IMG/VR virus record: IMGVR_UViG_651703101_000001
Location: 64,001-128,000 of that record
Length of the DNA stretch: 64,000 nucleotides
Reading direction: 5' to 3' (one strand)
DNA from: a virus
Lineage: Duplodnaviria > Caudoviricetes
In this document: one piece after another, positions 55,909 to 64,000 of the stretch
How the letters are laid out: every line of letters starts with the position of its first letter
Position numbering within the stretch: position 1 is the stretch's first letter
Program-made: the position numbers and the translations under genes
The notes under the pieces: model-generated
What the model was told of the DNA's origin: nothing
Databases searched by the model: none
What the model saw: the letters and a program-made list of their open reading frames with translations, nothing else

Positions 55909-56772
55909 TCAAGGGCCACCACAGCTACAGGATTTTGGAAATCTACAGCACTTAGGATCATACCCACCATTTGTACAGTCAGGCCAATTGGCAATGCATT
56001 CTGGATCACGGGGATCACGATGTTCTTCCCATGGATCTTCTAAGGGTTCGGATGGTTTGGGGAATTCAATTCCGTATTGTTTGAGTTTGTATGTTAGAAG
56101 CTTCTCCCATGCCTTAAGAGTCTCTTTATTTTCTCTATCTTGTTCTGGAGTGGTTTCGATCCCGTTATGTTCCAGAAGTTGTTCCAACGAATCGAACCCT
56201 ACATTATTTTTTATTTGACTTCTGCCAACACCTTCACCGGAACAGATAATATTCATCTGGCCAGGCCGAGAACCGACAACACTTGGACCATTATTGATCA
56301 GTGGAGTAGACGGAATTCCGTCTACTCTACATTCATCGGGAGTGAGAGGGCGCCGGTGACCGGCGCGGTATAACGAAAACCATTCCTCTGACGGGGTGTT
56401 TTCGCCGGGTTTATTTTCATAGTCCCATGCATCATCGATAGATCTGGGCCTTTCGCCATAGTCACGGATCACACGTTTGGCAGTTTCAAAATTGACCTCG
56501 TTCTGACGTTCAAGTGCAATGATCAGAAGGATGAAATAACCTGCGAGATCCGGCACCACATCTTCATCAGATGCCAGTAGACCTGCTCCTTTGGAGATTC
56601 GATTGAGTTTGTCGTCAATCCGAACAAGAATTTGTTCAACTGGATTAGCTTTACTCATGATTCGAGCAGGATTTAATGCTGCATCCCCGTACTTTTCATT
56701 CTTAGAAAGAAGAAGTTCTTTAATTCTATCACAAGTTTCTATTATATCTTGTCTAGTTTGGTTGTTACTCAT
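55909..56772 (-). CDS. Nucleotide-modification-associated domain 1 (DUF1599-like) protein with Cys-rich tail
   Basis: LLLSKNEKYGD..ILVRIDDKLNRI..DLAGYFIL; tail CIANWPDC..YDPKCCRFPKSCSC. Confidence 0.75.
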   Translation of the reverse strand: MSNNQTRQDIIETCDRIKELLLSKNEKYGDAALNPARIMSKANPVEQILVRIDDKLNRISKGAGLLASDEDVVPDLAGYFILLIIALERQNEVNFETAKRVIRDYGERPRSIDDAWDYENKPGENTPSEEWFSLYRAGHRRPLTPDECRVDGIPSTPLINNGPSVVGSRPGQMNIICSGEGVGRSQIKNNVGFDSLEQLLEHNGIETTPEQDRENKETLKAWEKLLTYKLKQYGIEFPKPSEPLEDPWEEHRDPRDPECIANWPDCTNGGYDPKCCRFPKSCSCGGP

Positions 56773-57209
56773 AGAGGTAGTTTAGATGTAGTGGTTGCCT
56801 TAGGAGTTCTTGGTTTCCTAGGAGTAGTGGTTTTAACTTTGGTTGCCGTAGTCTTTTTGGTAGTTGTTTTCTTTGCTGTTTGGGACTTACGTGCAGTTCC
56901 GGTAGATTTTGTTCTTGCTGCAGGAAGATCAACATCAGAAACAACCTGAGTCTCAGGTTTACTTTTATCATTTTTCATTTCATCGATAGAAATGATTTTG
57001 ACTTTGGATGTCCAACCTGTACTGGACACCATTTCATTAAAGTATTTCTTTGTTGCAACAACTGCGCGATTAAGAGTATTTGTTTCTACCCAATGATAGA
57101 ACCAACTTGTATATGCTGGGGTTTCTTTGTCATGTTTATACTCATACGTCACTTCCATAGAAAAGATTCTTTTCTCTGGTTTTACAGGAGTTACAACTTC
57201 AGTTTCCAT
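56769..57209 (-). CDS. Hypothetical protein with histone-like K/T-rich tail
   Basis: TAKKTTTKKTTATKVKTTTPRKPRTPKA. Confidence 0.65.
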   Translation of the reverse strand: METEVVTPVKPEKRIFSMEVTYEYKHDKETPAYTSWFYHWVETNTLNRAVVATKKYFNEMVSSTGWTSKVKIISIDEMKNDKSKPETQVVSDVDLPAARTKSTGTARKSQTAKKTTTKKTTATKVKTTTPRKPRTPKATTTSKLPL

Positions 57210-57398
57210 TTTGTAAATTCAATTGACGAACAATATCTTCACGAAGATATATGAATTGTTGAATGTAATCATCGAGTTTACCATTCACATTAGATTCTTC
57301 TGTTTTGATAATATATGTCTCTATACAGAAAATTACATCTTCTATTTGTTCATCTGTTAAGTTAATAAACTTGCTCATAATCAGAATTCAATCACATC

Positions 57399-57456
57399 AG
57401 AATAACGGATATCCAATATCCTGTCAATAGAATTGTGACAGTCCATGGACTGTCAC
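57399..57456 (-). promoter_or_regulatory. Sigma70-type promoter with perfect palindrome
   Basis: TTGACA(57422-27)-17-TATTCT; GTGACAGT-CCATGG-ACTGTCAC at 57435-57456. Confidence 0.8.
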
Positions 57457-58124
57457 AATAGTCCACTACTTCTGAGTTTATGTTGCCAGACTTGATAACC
57501 AAGGGAATTTAGATGAATCCCATCGTAGGTATACATCAATTTCAATCCATTTCGATCTGAAAGAACTGTATTTACATCCAGATAATCTTCCTTTGGAATT
57601 CTATCCCTTAGGAGTCTGTTTAATTCATTTACTTTATTGAGTGAATCGGATCCACAGAGAGAACGTGTACAAGCAATTGTAGACTGTACTACGACTCTTG
57701 CTCCTGTAGTAACCCTCAGATAGTCACGAATCATTACAATTCTATCACGAATCCCCTGTGGGTCAAATTTCCACCAGAGAATATCGTTAATACCAACCAT
57801 TAAAATATAAGTTTTTGCTCCCGTACTCTGTACTGTAGTTACTCTTGCTGCGACATGATATGTCGTATCACCAGGGACTCCCTGATTTATGGTGATTCTC
57901 TCTGGGAAGGCTGCCTGCCAATTATTAAAAGCAGTGAGAGAATCACCAACAAAAGTAATTGGATCATTTGCTCTTTGTAGAGGCCAACATCCAGGTGGTG
58001 CGACTGCACGAAGTTCGGCAATTAGTTCTGTTTTTTCCCTCTGTGGAACCAAAACACTCCTTTGGATATTTGCTGAAATACTATCTACTTGTGCACAAGT
58101 TAGAAATGGAAATACCGGTAACAT
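57453..58124 (-). CDS. SGNH/GDSL hydrolase
   Basis: FVGDSLT, NQGVPGDT, VGIND, DGIH. Confidence 0.9.
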   Translation of the reverse strand: MLPVFPFLTCAQVDSISANIQRSVLVPQREKTELIAELRAVAPPGCWPLQRANDPITFVGDSLTAFNNWQAAFPERITINQGVPGDTTYHVAARVTTVQSTGAKTYILMVGINDILWWKFDPQGIRDRIVMIRDYLRVTTGARVVVQSTIACTRSLCGSDSLNKVNELNRLLRDRIPKEDYLDVNTVLSDRNGLKLMYTYDGIHLNSLGYQVWQHKLRSSGLL

Positions 58125-58128
58125 TTAT

Positions 58129-58356
58129 TTACTCTGCTGATGGTGAAATGAATTCTGAAGCTTCATCATTCCACCAGGCCTCGAACTCTGAACGAAGATA
58201 TTCTGCGTCAATCTTAAAATGTTCATCGCCTGTTTTTTTATAGTCGGCCATGAGTTGTTGCATTTGAAGATTTAAATCGTGAGCTGTAATGTCCATGACA
58301 AGTTTCTTAATGGTAAAGTTTGGATCGTCTAGCCGACTGAAATTAGTATCATTCAA
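58129..58356 (-). CDS. Hypothetical protein
   Basis: Packed ORF. Confidence 0.55.
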   Translation of the reverse strand: MNDTNFSRLDDPNFTIKKLVMDITAHDLNLQMQQLMADYKKTGDEHFKIDAEYLRSEFEAWWNDEASEFISPSAE

Positions 58357-58537
58357 AACATCTATTGTTGTAGAGTTCCATGAGACGAATTTCTTCTTTT
58401 AGAGCCTCTTCATCTTTTTGGGCTTCCCTCCAAGCTTGGGTAGGAAAGTGTGTAGGTGGTCCTACTACATAAACTTCTTCCATTTCTTCACTCAAGAATT
58501 CATCATTATTTAGGAACATATATTTGGTAGGTGTCAT
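58349..58537 (-). CDS. Hypothetical protein
   Basis: Packed ORF. Confidence 0.55.
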   Translation of the reverse strand: MTPTKYMFLNNDEFLSEEMEEVYVVGPPTHFPTQAWREAQKDEEALKEEIRLMELYNNRCFE

Positions 58538-58773
58538 TGTTTGTTCTTTTTGAGTTTGTTAGATTGGTCTTCTAAATCTTTAATCAATTTATCAAGTTCA
58601 TCAACATAGATAATACGAGTTCCGTAATCATCTACTGTTACACAGGCATGGATGGCCCCTGCCAGCGCAGAAATTTGCATATCTTCATAGGTCATCCAAC
58701 TTCCATGTGGATAGGATGAGGCCTCCATATTCATATAGGAATTATAGATATCAATTGGGAGTAAGTTAGTCAT
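58534..58773 (-). CDS. Hypothetical protein
   Basis: First gene after the TTGACA(58803-08) promoter. Confidence 0.55.
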   Translation of the reverse strand: MTNLLPIDIYNSYMNMEASSYPHGSWMTYEDMQISALAGAIHACVTVDDYGTRIIYVDELDKLIKDLEDQSNKLKKNKQ

Positions 58774-58843
58774 GAATGGACAGTAACATAGGGACGAATT
58801 CCTGTCAAGTCTGTGTTGAAATTACAACAGACTGTAAAGGGCC

Positions 58844-58983
58844 TTGACAAGATGCTCCAAATTAATTAGGATGCCGAGTGTTGAGGTGAAAGGGGCTTTA
58901 GATAGCTTAAGTTTTATAGCTACCTAAAGAACTTATATTAGACTGGTGTTAACACAAAGGGGAGCTTTAAGCTCCCCTTTGTC
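58844..58983 (+). ncRNA. Candidate ~105-nt sRNA with its own promoter and terminator
   Basis: TTGACA(58844)-17-TAGGAT; hairpin CTTTAGATAGCT/AGCTACCTAAAG; terminator GGGGAGC-TTTAA-GCTCCCC-TTTGT. Confidence 0.45.
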
Positions 58984-58984
58984 C

Positions 58985-59152
58985 TTAGAAGTAACAGGAA
59001 AACGTTTCGTTTTCCAGTAGATCTTCTAGTTCGTCATCAACATTGATGCCATAGTATTGTTCGTAGAACACATCAAACTCACTATTCTCAATACCTAGAT
59101 AGCGAGATGCAAAAAGTTCTAGATCGGAAACAGGAAGAAATGGAGTTTTCAT
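58985..59152 (-). CDS. 55-aa acidic protein (not in ORF track)
   Basis: MKTPFLPVSDLELFASRYLGIENSEFDVFYEQYYG...; CTAAATA late-like promoter upstream. Confidence 0.5.
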   Translation of the reverse strand: MKTPFLPVSDLELFASRYLGIENSEFDVFYEQYYGINVDDELEDLLENETFSCYF

Positions 59153-59200
59153 GATAATGACCGAAGTGGGTGAGTTTATTTAGTTGAGTTTACGGAAAAC

Positions 59201-59515
59201 TCATTCAATTGTACCGGTTACATCCTCTAAACATCTGAGGGCCGAATTCAAATTCGCATAATCATATGTCCAAATATAAGTATCGGGAGCCTCCATTTCC
59301 CTTTTCATGTCTACTACACGTTTATGATAAGAAACGAGAGAACCAATAAGATATCTTGCAAGATGAAGGTTTAGGTCTGGTTCGTTTACCCGGTTCACCT
59401 CTTTTGCAATCACCTTTGCCCGTTCTTGTGCCGTTAGTTTCTCTAACGGTTTAGGTTGGGGAGGGGGCGTGGAATTCCATTTTAATAGATCGTCAACGGT
59501 GTTAAACTCTTGCAT
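59201..59515 (-). CDS. Hypothetical protein
   Basis: ATG at 59515 downstream of a TATAAT promoter. Confidence 0.6.
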   Translation of the reverse strand: MQEFNTVDDLLKWNSTPPPQPKPLEKLTAQERAKVIAKEVNRVNEPDLNLHLARYLIGSLVSYHKRVVDMKREMEAPDTYIWTYDYANLNSALRCLEDVTGTIE

Positions 59516-59537
59516 TGGTTTCCTCGTGCGTCTGCAT

Positions 59538-59697
59538 ATTATAACGCAGTAAGAGTTCAAAACGTGTGGTGTTGTGCCAGTTTGATGATTGGTACCAACC
59601 GGATACCTTAAGCTAGCGCGCGAGAGGCCCCATTTTTGATAAGCCAATTAAAGGACTGTCTACTGGACAACCTATGGATTTGTCCTTCTGGTATGAT
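59538..59697. promoter_or_regulatory. Divergent palindrome-type promoters at the strand switch
   Basis: Minus: TATAAT at 59538-43 with GTGCCAGT-N6-ATTGGTAC at 59574; plus: degenerate AAGCCAAT-N6-ACTGTCTA, then TATGAT at 59692. Confidence 0.65.
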
Positions 59698-59719
59698 ATA
59701 TGCATACGAAATAAAACCT

Positions 59720-61861
59720 ATGGCCTTTCTAGAAACTAAAGGAATGCTTGCCCGTCTGTTGGCGACTGAAAACCTTGTCGTCGAACATGATCCCAAGGCA
59801 AAGACTGCGAGCTTCAATGTACAAACTCGCGTCATGACTCTTCCTGTGTGGGAAGTTGAAAGTGAAGAGATTTATAACCTTTTTGTTTCTCACGAAGTTG
59901 GCCATGCCCTTTGGACTCCTACCAACTTTCCTGAAATTCTAGAGAAAGCTGGGGTCAATGCATCTCTTGTGAATATTCTAGAGGATATTCGTATTGAGAA
60001 GATGATCCAAGAGAAATTCCCCGGTCTTCGTCGTGATTATTCGATTGGGTATAAAAAACTATACGAATCTAATATTTTCGGTACTAAAGATAAAGATATC
60101 AAACAATTTGGTTTTGTTGACAGAATTAATCTTCATCATAAGGTTGGTGCGAGCCTTTTGGTTCCGTTCTCCGAACGGGAACTCGATATGGTTCAATACA
60201 TCGAAAAGTGCGATTCATATGAAGATATTGTTGAACTTTCTGAAAAGATCCAAACCTATGTAAAAATGAAGGGAGAAGTGGATCCTTCTTTCTTCGGTGA
60301 TCTTTCAGCTGATACTGTCGTTATTGTTGAAGGTGGCCACCTCCCAAATGCAAAACCCGGTGAAGAATACTCCGGCGCCCTGGGGCAGGGTGCTGGGTTT
60401 GGTTCTATCGATATCAGTGATGAAGAAGTTGAATCGGGCATGCATGAAGACTCTCAAGAATCCGAAGACTCTCAAGAATCCGAAGACTCTCAAGAATCCG
60501 AAGAAATTTCTTCAGAAGATCAACCAGATATCGGTGAGCTTGAGTCCGAAACTCAAGAGTCCCTTGAGCAAGCAATGCTTCGTATGTTGACTGGGGATAC
60601 ACGTAATTATATTTACGTTTATCCTCCCACTGTGGATCCTGATGATTATATCTGGCCTATTTCTGAGCTCAGACGAAACGCTGATGTACTCGGTATCCAA
60701 ATGCTTGAGAGTGAATTTCCGGTAAAGTCTGAATACGAAAAGTTCATGTTGCAAATCCGTCGTGATGTGAATCACATGGTGCAGCAATTTGAAATGAGAA
60801 AGTCCGCCGAACTCTATTCCCGCATCAAAGTCAATAAGACTGGTATGCTGGATACGAGTCGCCTTCATAACTATAGGCTTACTGAGGATATTTTCCTAAC
60901 ACAGGAAACTCGTCCTGATGGTAAGTCTCACGGTATGGTAATGCTTTTGGATTGGTCAGGTTCTATGGATCGAATTGCGTTCGATACGATCAAACAAATC
61001 ATCGTTCTTGTGCAGTTCTGTCGTAAAGTTCAGATTCCTTTTCAGGTTCTGTTGTTTACCACCGGGCGGAATTACAAAGATCTAAACTATAGACAATTTG
61101 TCGGTCAAGCCTATGGCCGTGCTCAAGTTGTTGAGGTCCTAACATCTGCTGTCAATAAGAATCAACTAGATAATGATCTATATCATTTCTATATGATTGG
61201 TTACTCTAAGAGTAAGTCTACCTATGGTAAGGGCTATAGTGTTAATGGCTTGGTTGCAATGGGAGGTACCCCACTGAATAACGTCATGATGGTGGCACCT
61301 AGTTTTCTTGCAAGATTTAAAGAAAGAAATCGAATTGACAAGATTTCTTTTGTGGTCGTCACTGACGGGGATTCTAGTAATTTGGAATATGTTTCACCTA
61401 ATGGTGAATTCAATTCCATTTACTATGGGAATGGAATGATTCGTGGAAGAAATGGCCACGTCTGGCCACTTCCTCTGACCGCATCTAAGGTTCCTGGGTC
61501 TATTGCAAAATGGATTACTCATCAACTTCCTTATGTCAAGTGCACAAATATTTTTCTCGGTAATTACTCCATGAGTAACTGTTACTTTGGAAGACTTACA
61601 AATGAGGATATTGATAGTTCGATTTATCAGTCTATTCCTCGTACAACCTTTAACAAAGAGAAAGGGTATCACTTCACAACTCCTAACAACTGGGAACTTG
61701 TAGCACTAATGAATCCTTCTGCATTTAGTGAAACTGCAGAAGAAATTGAAGTTGGCGATGATGCATCCATGACTCAAGTTAAGAATGCATTCAAGAAATT
61801 TCTAAACAAGAAATCTTGTAGTAAGAAAGTTCTCACTGCCCTAATTGACAGTTTCGCCTAG
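59720..61861 (+). CDS. CobT-like protein: N-terminal HEXXH metallopeptidase-like domain and C-terminal vWA
   Basis: LARLLATENL, HEVGHAL, NILEDIRIE, LLDWSGSM (MIDAS), GGTPL, VTDG. Confidence 0.85.
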   Translation: MAFLETKGMLARLLATENLVVEHDPKAKTASFNVQTRVMTLPVWEVESEEIYNLFVSHEVGHALWTPTNFPEILEKAGVNASLVNILEDIRIEKMIQEKFPGLRRDYSIGYKKLYESNIFGTKDKDIKQFGFVDRINLHHKVGASLLVPFSERELDMVQYIEKCDSYEDIVELSEKIQTYVKMKGEVDPSFFGDLSADTVVIVEGGHLPNAKPGEEYSGALGQGAGFGSIDISDEEVESGMHEDSQESEDSQESEDSQESEEISSEDQPDIGELESETQESLEQAMLRMLTGDTRNYIYVYPPTVDPDDYIWPISELRRNADVLGIQMLESEFPVKSEYEKFMLQIRRDVNHMVQQFEMRKSAELYSRIKVNKTGMLDTSRLHNYRLTEDIFLTQETRPDGKSHGMVMLLDWSGSMDRIAFDTIKQIIVLVQFCRKVQIPFQVLLFTTGRNYKDLNYRQFVGQAYGRAQVVEVLTSAVNKNQLDNDLYHFYMIGYSKSKSTYGKGYSVNGLVAMGGTPLNNVMMVAPSFLARFKERNRIDKISFVVVTDGDSSNLEYVSPNGEFNSIYYGNGMIRGRNGHVWPLPLTASKVPGSIAKWITHQLPYVKCTNIFLGNYSMSNCYFGRLTNEDIDSSIYQSIPRTTFNKEKGYHFTTPNNWELVALMNPSAFSETAEEIEVGDDASMTQVKNAFKKFLNKKSCSKKVLTALIDSFA
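60446..60504 (+). repeat. 18-nt tandem repeat x3.3 (EDSQES)
   Basis: gaagactctcaagaatcc repeated in the acidic linker. Confidence 0.95.
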
Positions 61862-61865
61862 GGAG

Positions 61866-61923
61866 GTGCCAGTCAAAAAACTGGCACCTTCTTTTCCCAC
61901 AACCCACCAAAATCTGTTAATCT
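61866..61923 (+). promoter_or_regulatory. Palindrome-type promoter (cobS-like)
   Basis: GTGCCAGT-CAAAAA-ACTGGCAC, 30 nt to a TG-extended TAATCT. Confidence 0.75.
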
Positions 61924-61945
61924 GACTTAAGTAAATTACACAATT

Positions 61946-63211
61946 ATGAAAATTCCTACCACTGACGAACTTCGTCAAACTATTTCTGATGAGTTTGGTA
62001 CTGATGTAACTACCAGGCAAATTCGTCTTTGGGCTGAAGCCAATGATCACACTCCTTCTTCGATTCTGAATCGTCTGAAAGACTATAAATCTGGTCATGG
62101 TAAGTATGACCTCTCAGTGAAAGAGGTGTTGGAACATAGTTTTGATCGACCAGCTGTCAATCCGGTTGGTGAAGTCGCGACTATTGTTCGTGATTATGAT
62201 TCTCTGGTCCCTGAAGCCGATCCGATGTTTGTTCCTTTCGGGAACTACTCTGATCTGGTCAAGATCATTCGTTCCAAAATCTTTTATCCCATTTTCATCA
62301 CTGGTCTTTCCGGCAATGGTAAGACTCACTCCATCTATCAGGCGTGTAATAAACTCAAACGTGATCTGATTCATTGTAGTATCACAATCGAAACTGACCA
62401 AGATGATCTTCTTGGTGGTTTCCGTCTTGTGGATGGTGAAACTGCATGGCATGACGGTCCTGTGATCGAGGCAATGAAACGTGGCGCCGTTCTTCTTCTT
62501 GACGAACTTGACCTTGCATCTAACAAGATTCTCTGTCTGCAATCTGTTCTTGAGGGTCGTGGAGTTTATCTGAAAAAGATTAACAAATGGGTGAATCCAG
62601 CCCCAGGATTCAATGTTATCGCGACTGCGAATACTAAGGGTAAAGGATCCGATAGTGGTAGGTTCATTGGTACTAATATTCTCAACGAAGCGTTTCTGGA
62701 ACGTTTCCCTGTAACTTTCGAGCAAGAATATCCTGCTATAGCCGTCGAGAAAAAGATTCTCACTCGCAATTTTGAGGCACTTAACTATACAAAGGATACC
62801 ACTAAGCTCGTAGAGAATCTGGTCAACTGGGCCGATGTGATTCGTAAAACCTACAATGATGGGGGCGTGGATGATCTTATCTCCACTCGTCGTCTGGTTA
62901 ATATCGTCAGGGCCTATGTGATTTGGGAAAATCCTCTTAAGGCGATTCAGTTCTGTACCAATCGTTTTGATGAAGATACTTCTAAGGTGTTTCGTGATCT
63001 TTATGAGAAAATTTCAGGTGACATTGTTTCTGTTGAAGATGCATCAGAAAGTTCATCTGAACTTTCTGAGGAAGGATATCCAAAGAGCCCCAATTATGGC
63101 GACATTTGGGAGAAAGTAAATGCTGATGGAGATAAGCAACTCTATATCTACTCACCTGCCTCTCCAGAACATAACCGTCCTGCCGATAGTTGGGTTCCCA
63201 TTAACAAATAA
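61946..63211 (+). CDS. cobS: CobS/MoxR-like AAA+ ATPase
   Basis: FVPFGN, GLSGNGKT, LLLDELD, ATANTKGKG, NEAFLERF, ISTRRL. Confidence 0.9.
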   Translation: MKIPTTDELRQTISDEFGTDVTTRQIRLWAEANDHTPSSILNRLKDYKSGHGKYDLSVKEVLEHSFDRPAVNPVGEVATIVRDYDSLVPEADPMFVPFGNYSDLVKIIRSKIFYPIFITGLSGNGKTHSIYQACNKLKRDLIHCSITIETDQDDLLGGFRLVDGETAWHDGPVIEAMKRGAVLLLDELDLASNKILCLQSVLEGRGVYLKKINKWVNPAPGFNVIATANTKGKGSDSGRFIGTNILNEAFLERFPVTFEQEYPAIAVEKKILTRNFEALNYTKDTTKLVENLVNWADVIRKTYNDGGVDDLISTRRLVNIVRAYVIWENPLKAIQFCTNRFDEDTSKVFRDLYEKISGDIVSVEDASESSSELSEEGYPKSPNYGDIWEKVNADGDKQLYIYSPASPEHNRPADSWVPINK

Positions 63212-63263
63212 ATAGTTGACAACCAAAGATCCCTGTGCACAGGGATCTATTATCTCAACTATT

Positions 63264-63440
63264 ATGAATGCACCTAATTTTTATACCACAGAAGAAGATT
63301 TAAAAGAAATCACAGAACTTATTGAAGACACGGTTGAGCACCTTTGTGACGCAAATACTCTTTCGGGGGAATTCGTTTGGGGAGTTGTTGAGTGTTTGGC
63401 AGCTGCCAAACTAGCACAAATTCAAGGTCTTATCGATTGA
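63264..63440 (+). CDS. Conserved small cyanophage protein
   Basis: ELIEDTVEHLCD..LSGE..W.VVECLA.AK. Confidence 0.65.
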   Translation: MNAPNFYTTEEDLKEITELIEDTVEHLCDANTLSGEFVWGVVECLAAAKLAQIQGLID

Positions 63441-63441
63441 T

Positions 63442-63499
63442 GTGCCAGTTGAAAGACTGGCACAAGCCCCTTGACTTCCTCGGTAAGATCGGTTATGCT
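63442..63499 (+). promoter_or_regulatory. Palindrome-type sigma70 promoter for tRNA operon
   Basis: GTGCCAGT-N6-ACTGGCAC, TTGACT(63471)-17-TATGCT. Confidence 0.8.
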
Positions 63500-63546
63500 A
63501 GCTAAGTTCAAGAAATCAATATTTCATGACTAAATAAAAGAGACAT

Positions 63547-63618
63547 GCGATCGTAGTTCAGCGGTAGAACGCTATCCTTCCAAGTTAGATGTCGCTGGTT
63601 CAAATCCAGTCGGTCGCT
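63547..63618 (+). tRNA. tRNA-Gly(TCC)
   Basis: GCGATCG/CGGTCGC stem, loop CTTCCAA, GTTCAAATC. Confidence 0.93.
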
Positions 63619-63622
63619 CTTT

Positions 63623-63697
63623 GCCCTCGTAGTTCAGCCCGGATAGAACACCGCACTTCTAATGCGTTTGTCGTAGGTTCAAATCCTACCGAGGGTG
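63623..63697 (+). tRNA. tRNA-Arg(TCT)
   Basis: GCCCTCG/CGAGGGT stem, loop CTTCTAA, GTTCAAATC. Confidence 0.93.
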
Positions 63698-63716
63698 CTT
63701 AAATTCTTTATTTGTT

Positions 63717-63977
63717 ATGGATTTTCCTTCAGCCAAGTCTCTTAAAGATCATTTTAATAAGTCGGATTATAACAATAATCCTGACGAAGTAATGAAGGTC
63801 CTTCTGGAAAAGATTCAATCAGCCATAAAAGCTGGCCCAACGTATAACATCACTACGGCATATGCTCCTTTACCAACAAATCGAGAAACTATCCGATCTG
63901 TTAGACTTAAATTACAAGATCTAGGGTATAGGGTCTGGATCGATCACGATGTCAGGCACATTAGTGTTTCTTGGTGA
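63717..63977 (+). CDS. Hypothetical protein
   Basis: FPSAK..LQDLGYRV..VSW, a widespread phage pattern. Confidence 0.65.
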   Translation: MDFPSAKSLKDHFNKSDYNNNPDEVMKVLLEKIQSAIKAGPTYNITTAYAPLPTNRETIRSVRLKLQDLGYRVWIDHDVRHISVSW

Positions 63978-64000
63978 CGAAAAGTTACTAAATAAAACAG

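Noticed and set aside
60446-60504. Short direct repeats as a possible CRISPR array
   Set aside because: Contiguous in-frame 18-mers with no spacers, encoding an EDSQES linker
902-62769. Many antisense or alternative-frame ORFs in the track (e.g. 2336-2857, 3590-4084, 24407-24637, 27910-28146, 62114-62725)
   Set aside because: They overlap well-supported genes or RNAs and show no protein motifs; treated as shadow ORFs
1-64000. Stop-codon reassignment as the cause of split genes
   Set aside because: The splits are frame changes at A-runs, not in-frame stops; conserved genes read correctly in the standard code and no suppressor tRNA was seen

Overview
This is a 64-kb segment of a large T4-like (Kyanoviridae-type) cyanomyophage genome, probably freshwater; the NusG, tmRNA and psbA-without-psbD content suggests an S-CRM01-like phage (inference). 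Left to right: a baseplate/tail module (gp5 fragment, hub, tape-measure with lysozyme, gp51, gp26, gp4, gp2, gp48, gp53); gp32, gp59, gp33, exonuclease, PhoH, ThyX, RNase H and glutaredoxin; hli and psbA; NusG; a tRNA/tmRNA cluster; a lysis cluster; nrdAB and primase; a cluster of putative capsid-packaged proteins; the replication core (MazG, gp41, UvsX, gp43, Hsp20, RegA, gp62/44/45); a divergent CobT/CobS-like pair; and two more tRNAs. Main observations: (1) a CmoA-type carboxy-SAM synthase is translationally coupled to a C5-cytosine MTase whose motif-X Asn is replaced by Arg, a likely DNA 5-carboxymethylcytosine system; (2) a minimal circularly permuted tmRNA; (3) a 22-bp palindrome lies 30 nt upstream of -10 boxes at about 10 promoters; (4) kinase, nucleotidyltransferase and ligase-fold genes cluster with T4-type capsid-targeting N-termini; (5) unannotated micro-ORFs include an Acb2/Tad1-like hairpin protein and a portal-like peptide. 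Five apparent frameshifts are all a missing A in an A-run and are probably sequencing errors. All family calls come from motif recognition by eye; no database searches were run.
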